Assembly: GCA_963804995.1 (NCBI GenBank)
Contig: CAWDSK010000006.1
Span: forward strand, 1,472,001 to 1,536,000
From: an uncultured Acidobacteriota bacterium
GTDB taxonomy: Bacteria > Acidobacteriota > Terriglobia > UBA7540
DNA: 64,000 bases
Reading direction: 5' to 3'
In this document: positions 60,972-64,000 of the stretch, piece after piece
Layout: each line of letters starts with the position of its first letter
Position numbering within the stretch: the first letter of the stretch is position 1
The notes under the pieces: generated by a model
The model's input: only the letters and a program-made list of their open reading frames with translations
Databases searched by the model: none
What the model was told of the DNA's origin: nothing
Position numbers and translations under genes: made by a program

Positions 60972-61351
60972 GACACATTGTCATCCTGTTTTACCATTTT
61001 TCATATCGTTGCTAACCGTATTTGTTTTCAATAACCTCTCAGCTTTGGCAAACAGAAATCGCGAGTTGACGCGCTTTGTTTTCAATATGTTCTCAGCTTT
61101 GGGCGTTTTGGGCATCCAGCGACACATTGTCGACTAAGAATGAACAGCTCAGACGGTGCGTTTTCGGTCTCATATTTACGCTTCACTGCGGGGCCTCCCC
61201 ACGGTGCGTTCCACGCCCAGTCCTTCCGACAGTCGGCGCAGCCGGATTATACCAATCAGTAACGCTTAGTGTCAAGCTTGATTGTAGCGGGGGTGAACTG
61301 AGGGAAGCAGGGCCTCCACCTTCGCCGGGATCCCTGAAATCAGTCGCTCCG
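60972..61351 (-). repeat. ~390-bp promoter-bearing element, copy 2 (inverted)
   Basis: Reverse complement of 49877-50265; TTGACA at 61270-61275 and TATAAT at 61246-61251 on the minus strand. Confidence 0.95.
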
Positions 61352-61380
61352 GCGGCAAACTGCACCACTACCTCGCCGGG

Positions 61381-61492
61381 GGTAGTGGTGTCATTTGGTG
61401 TGGCATGGCCGACCTGCCCCGATCCATCGGGGTCTTGGCCGTGACCCTTCACGGGCGGGACGCCCGTGGCACTTCCAAATGACACCACTACC
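61381..61492. mobile_element. 112-bp MITE enclosing a REP doublet, 9-bp TSD
   Basis: Perfect 18-bp TIR GGTAGTGGTGTCATTTGG; CTCGCCGGG on both sides. Confidence 0.85.
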
Positions 61493-61579
61493 CTCGCCGG
61501 GCCCTCCCTTCCGCTCTCGCTGAGCCTGTGATAGACTTTCATATTTCCGACATGGAAGCTTAACCTTTGGAGTACCTTC

Positions 61580-62266
61580 ATGAAACGGTACGGTGAGCAT
61601 CGCTTTCCCGGCAAGCTCTTTGTGGTTGAGGGAATCGATGGCTCAGGAAAATCCACCCAGCTCATGCTTTTACACCAGTGGCTGCAAGGGGAAGGCTACG
61701 GAGTGGTGTTTAGCGAATGGAACTCCTCACCGCTGGTCCGCGAGACGACCAAGCGGGGCAAGAAGAAGCAAATGCTTACCCCCGCGACCTTCTCCTTGAT
61801 TCACGCCACCGATTTCGCCGACCGCATGGAGCACAACATCCTTCCCTTGCTGAAGGCGGGCGCTGTGGTGTTGTGTGACCGATACATTTACACCGCCTTT
61901 GCGCGTGATGTGGTGCGCGGCATGGACCCCCTGTGGGTGCGCGAGCTTTATAGCTTCGCCGTCAAACCCACCGCGGCCTTTTACTTCCGCGTGCCGCTGG
62001 ATGTGGCCATGAAGCGGATTCTGGATGGGCGCAGCAGCGGCGTCAAGTTCTACGAGGCCGGATTGGATCTGGGCCTGAGCGGAGATTCTGAAGAGAGTTT
62101 CCGCATCTTTCAGGGCCGCATCCTCGACGAATACGAAAAAATGGTTCCGGAGTACGACCTGACCACCATCGACGCCACCCTTCCCATCGAAGAACAGCAG
62201 GTGGAGATGCGTGGGATCGTGAAGGCCAAACTGGCGCAAGCGAAGAGACTGAGGGTAGCGCCGTGA
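61580..62266 (+). CDS. Thymidylate kinase-like protein 1
   Basis: EGIDGSGKSTQ, ATDFADR, CDRYIYT. Confidence 0.9.
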   Translation: MKRYGEHRFPGKLFVVEGIDGSGKSTQLMLLHQWLQGEGYGVVFSEWNSSPLVRETTKRGKKKQMLTPATFSLIHATDFADRMEHNILPLLKAGAVVLCDRYIYTAFARDVVRGMDPLWVRELYSFAVKPTAAFYFRVPLDVAMKRILDGRSSGVKFYEAGLDLGLSGDSEESFRIFQGRILDEYEKMVPEYDLTTIDATLPIEEQQVEMRGIVKAKLAQAKRLRVAP

Positions 62267-63120
62267 GAGAAACGTATGGGGTCGCCCTGCCCGGCATGAA
62301 CCTGGCGGAAATGACCGGTAAGTTGATCGTTGTCGAGGGCACCGACGGGGTAGGCCGCTCGACGCAGATCCGCCTCCTGCGGCCATGGCTCGAGCAGCAG
62401 GGCCGCGCCGTGCTGGATACCGCCATCAAACGGTCCGAGCTGGCTGGAAGGGGGATCCAGCAGGCGAAGGAAGGACACACCCTGGGGCGCCTCACCTTGA
62501 GCCTGTTCTACGCCACGGATTTTGCCGACCGGCTCGAACACGAAATCATTCCCGCGCTGCGGGCGGGATTCGTCGTGTTGACGGACCGCTACATCTATTC
62601 CCTGATGGCACGCGCCATCGTGCGGGGGGCCGACCCCGCCTGGATTCGCAGCGCCTACAGCTTTGCACTGAAGCCGGACGCGACCTTCTATCTGCGCATC
62701 GGCGTGGACGACCTGATTCCGCGGGTCGTGTTTTCGCGCGGCTTCGACTTCTGGGAATCCGGCATGGACATTCATCCCAGCGAGGACATGTACGACAGTT
62801 TCCGGAAGTACCAGACGGAGCTGCTGGGTGAATTTGAGAATCTGGCAAAGGAATACAACTTCGAAGTGATTGACGCTTCAGCCGACGTGCGCATCGTGTT
62901 TGAGCGCCTGCGCGCCGGAATCGCCCGGGTGTTGAGCGGAGAGCCTCGTGAGCCGCTGTTCTCCGTGCCGTCCCCAACCGTGGAAGCAAGTGCGGAGGCG
63001 CCCTTGAAGAAAGTGCTGGAAATGCCCGCCCCGGCAAAGCCCGTGATTTCTGCTGAAGAGGAAACTCCGCCCGTGGCTCAGGCTTTGGCGAAGAGCGCGG
63101 AAGGCGATTCAAGCAGGTAG
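62263..63120 (+). CDS. Thymidylate kinase-like protein 2 with variant P-loop
   Basis: EGTDGVGRSTQ, ATDFADR, TDRYIYS; GTGA overlap with the upstream paralog. Confidence 0.9.
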   Translation: MRETYGVALPGMNLAEMTGKLIVVEGTDGVGRSTQIRLLRPWLEQQGRAVLDTAIKRSELAGRGIQQAKEGHTLGRLTLSLFYATDFADRLEHEIIPALRAGFVVLTDRYIYSLMARAIVRGADPAWIRSAYSFALKPDATFYLRIGVDDLIPRVVFSRGFDFWESGMDIHPSEDMYDSFRKYQTELLGEFENLAKEYNFEVIDASADVRIVFERLRAGIARVLSGEPREPLFSVPSPTVEASAEAPLKKVLEMPAPAKPVISAEEETPPVAQALAKSAEGDSSR

Positions 63121-64000
63121 GAAACCCACTCCTTCAATTTGCGCATTTCGTGGGATTCCTGCGACATGCGGAAGTACTTTTCTTCGAACCCCACCTTGTT
63201 GACCCGATTGCGCAAAATCAGCTTTTCGATTTCCATGGCGAGGGGCACGTGCGCGCGCAGGAATTCCGGCCGGGCGAGCATTTCGATCATCATCTGCTCC
63301 AGCACTTCCAGGTCGTGCCATTCCCCCAACTGCCGCTGAAGCTGGCGGAGCCACGCCAGGGCATCGGCGCTGCCGGCCACTTTGAAGTCGTAGAGGACCT
63401 CCAGTAAATAGCGCAGCCGCTTGGTGGCAAGGCGCGCGCCATGGATCACGGCCGGGCGCGTGTCGCGATGCGAGAGCATGACCTGATCTTCAAAAGCGTC
63501 CCATAGGGGATGGAGCGCCTGCCGGAGCTGCTTTTGGAATACGGGGCGGTCCGCGAGCGTAGCCTGGTGATGGCGCTCGGCGACGTATTCGTGTGTCTTC
63601 TCGCGGGCCAGGAATTCCTTCAGGTTCACATAGAAGATGGCGAGGTTCATCTTGCTGATTTTTCGCGTGGCGCGGTGGAAGCAATCAGACCGGCGAGCCT
63701 GCAAGTATTGCTGCACGCCCGTCCAGGCCTCGCGGCGCGCGGCGCGTTTCCGGGCGAGCGAGCGGTCCACATGTTCCAGCAAAACGTCGCAGTTGCGGAT
63801 GTCTCCCAGGAGTTGGCGGCAGCCGCGAATCTGGCGGCGCAGCTTGCGAAGTTCTTGCGGCCGGGGCTTGGGATAGAGGAGATCGAGCACCTGCTGCAAC
63901 CGGCGGCTGGCCACGCGCATGTCGTGGATGGCGTCGGGATCGTCGCCTCTTAATACCTTGGGCTCGTAGGCCATGAAGCGATTGAGTTGGCGCAGAGCCA
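63078..64000 (-). CDS. CHAD-domain (polyphosphate-binding) protein, 5'-partial
   Basis: HDMRVASRRL, LGDIRNCDV, H.AR...KRLRY..E, Q..LGEWHD; frame open to the window end. Confidence 0.92.
   Translation of the reverse strand, partial: ALRQLNRFMAYEPKVLRGDDPDAIHDMRVASRRLQQVLDLLYPKPRPQELRKLRRQIRGCRQLLGDIRNCDVLLEHVDRSLARKRAARREAWTGVQQYLQARRSDCFHRATRKISKMNLAIFYVNLKEFLAREKTHEYVAERHHQATLADRPVFQKQLRQALHPLWDAFEDQVMLSHRDTRPAVIHGARLATKRLRYLLEVLYDFKVAGSADALAWLRQLQRQLGEWHDLEVLEQMMIEMLARPEFLRAHVPLAMEIEKLILRNRVNKVGFEEKYFRMSQESHEMRKLKEWVSYLLESPSALFAKA

Overview
GC-rich bacterial chromosomal segment; gene content and repeat style suggest Acidobacteriota (Terriglobia-like), which is an inference. Housekeeping and metabolic blocks: iscS-mnmA, uvrC, DHOD-like + nifJ (PFOR) + a second 2-oxoacid:ferredoxin oxidoreductase, a murA-murQ-SSS-AmiE/NamZ peptidoglycan-recycling cluster, a GH84-GH18-transporter cluster, and tandem dTMP-kinase-like genes next to a CHAD gene. 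Accessory DNA: about 11 toxin-antitoxin modules or remnants (six form a repeat-separated array at 22.8-27.6 kb; several toxins are truncated), an IS1595 element with an 8-bp TSD and a HEPN-like passenger that splits a GH84-CBM9 gene, nested REP/MITE elements, a ~150-bp tandem repeat, and a ~390-bp element with a consensus promoter present twice as an inverted pair around a 10.7-kb segment. An unannotated 20-aa Pro-rich peptide gene with its own promoter and strong SD heads a two-membrane-protein operon. Several single-base frameshifts look like assembly errors. No rRNA, tRNA or CRISPR array was recognised.
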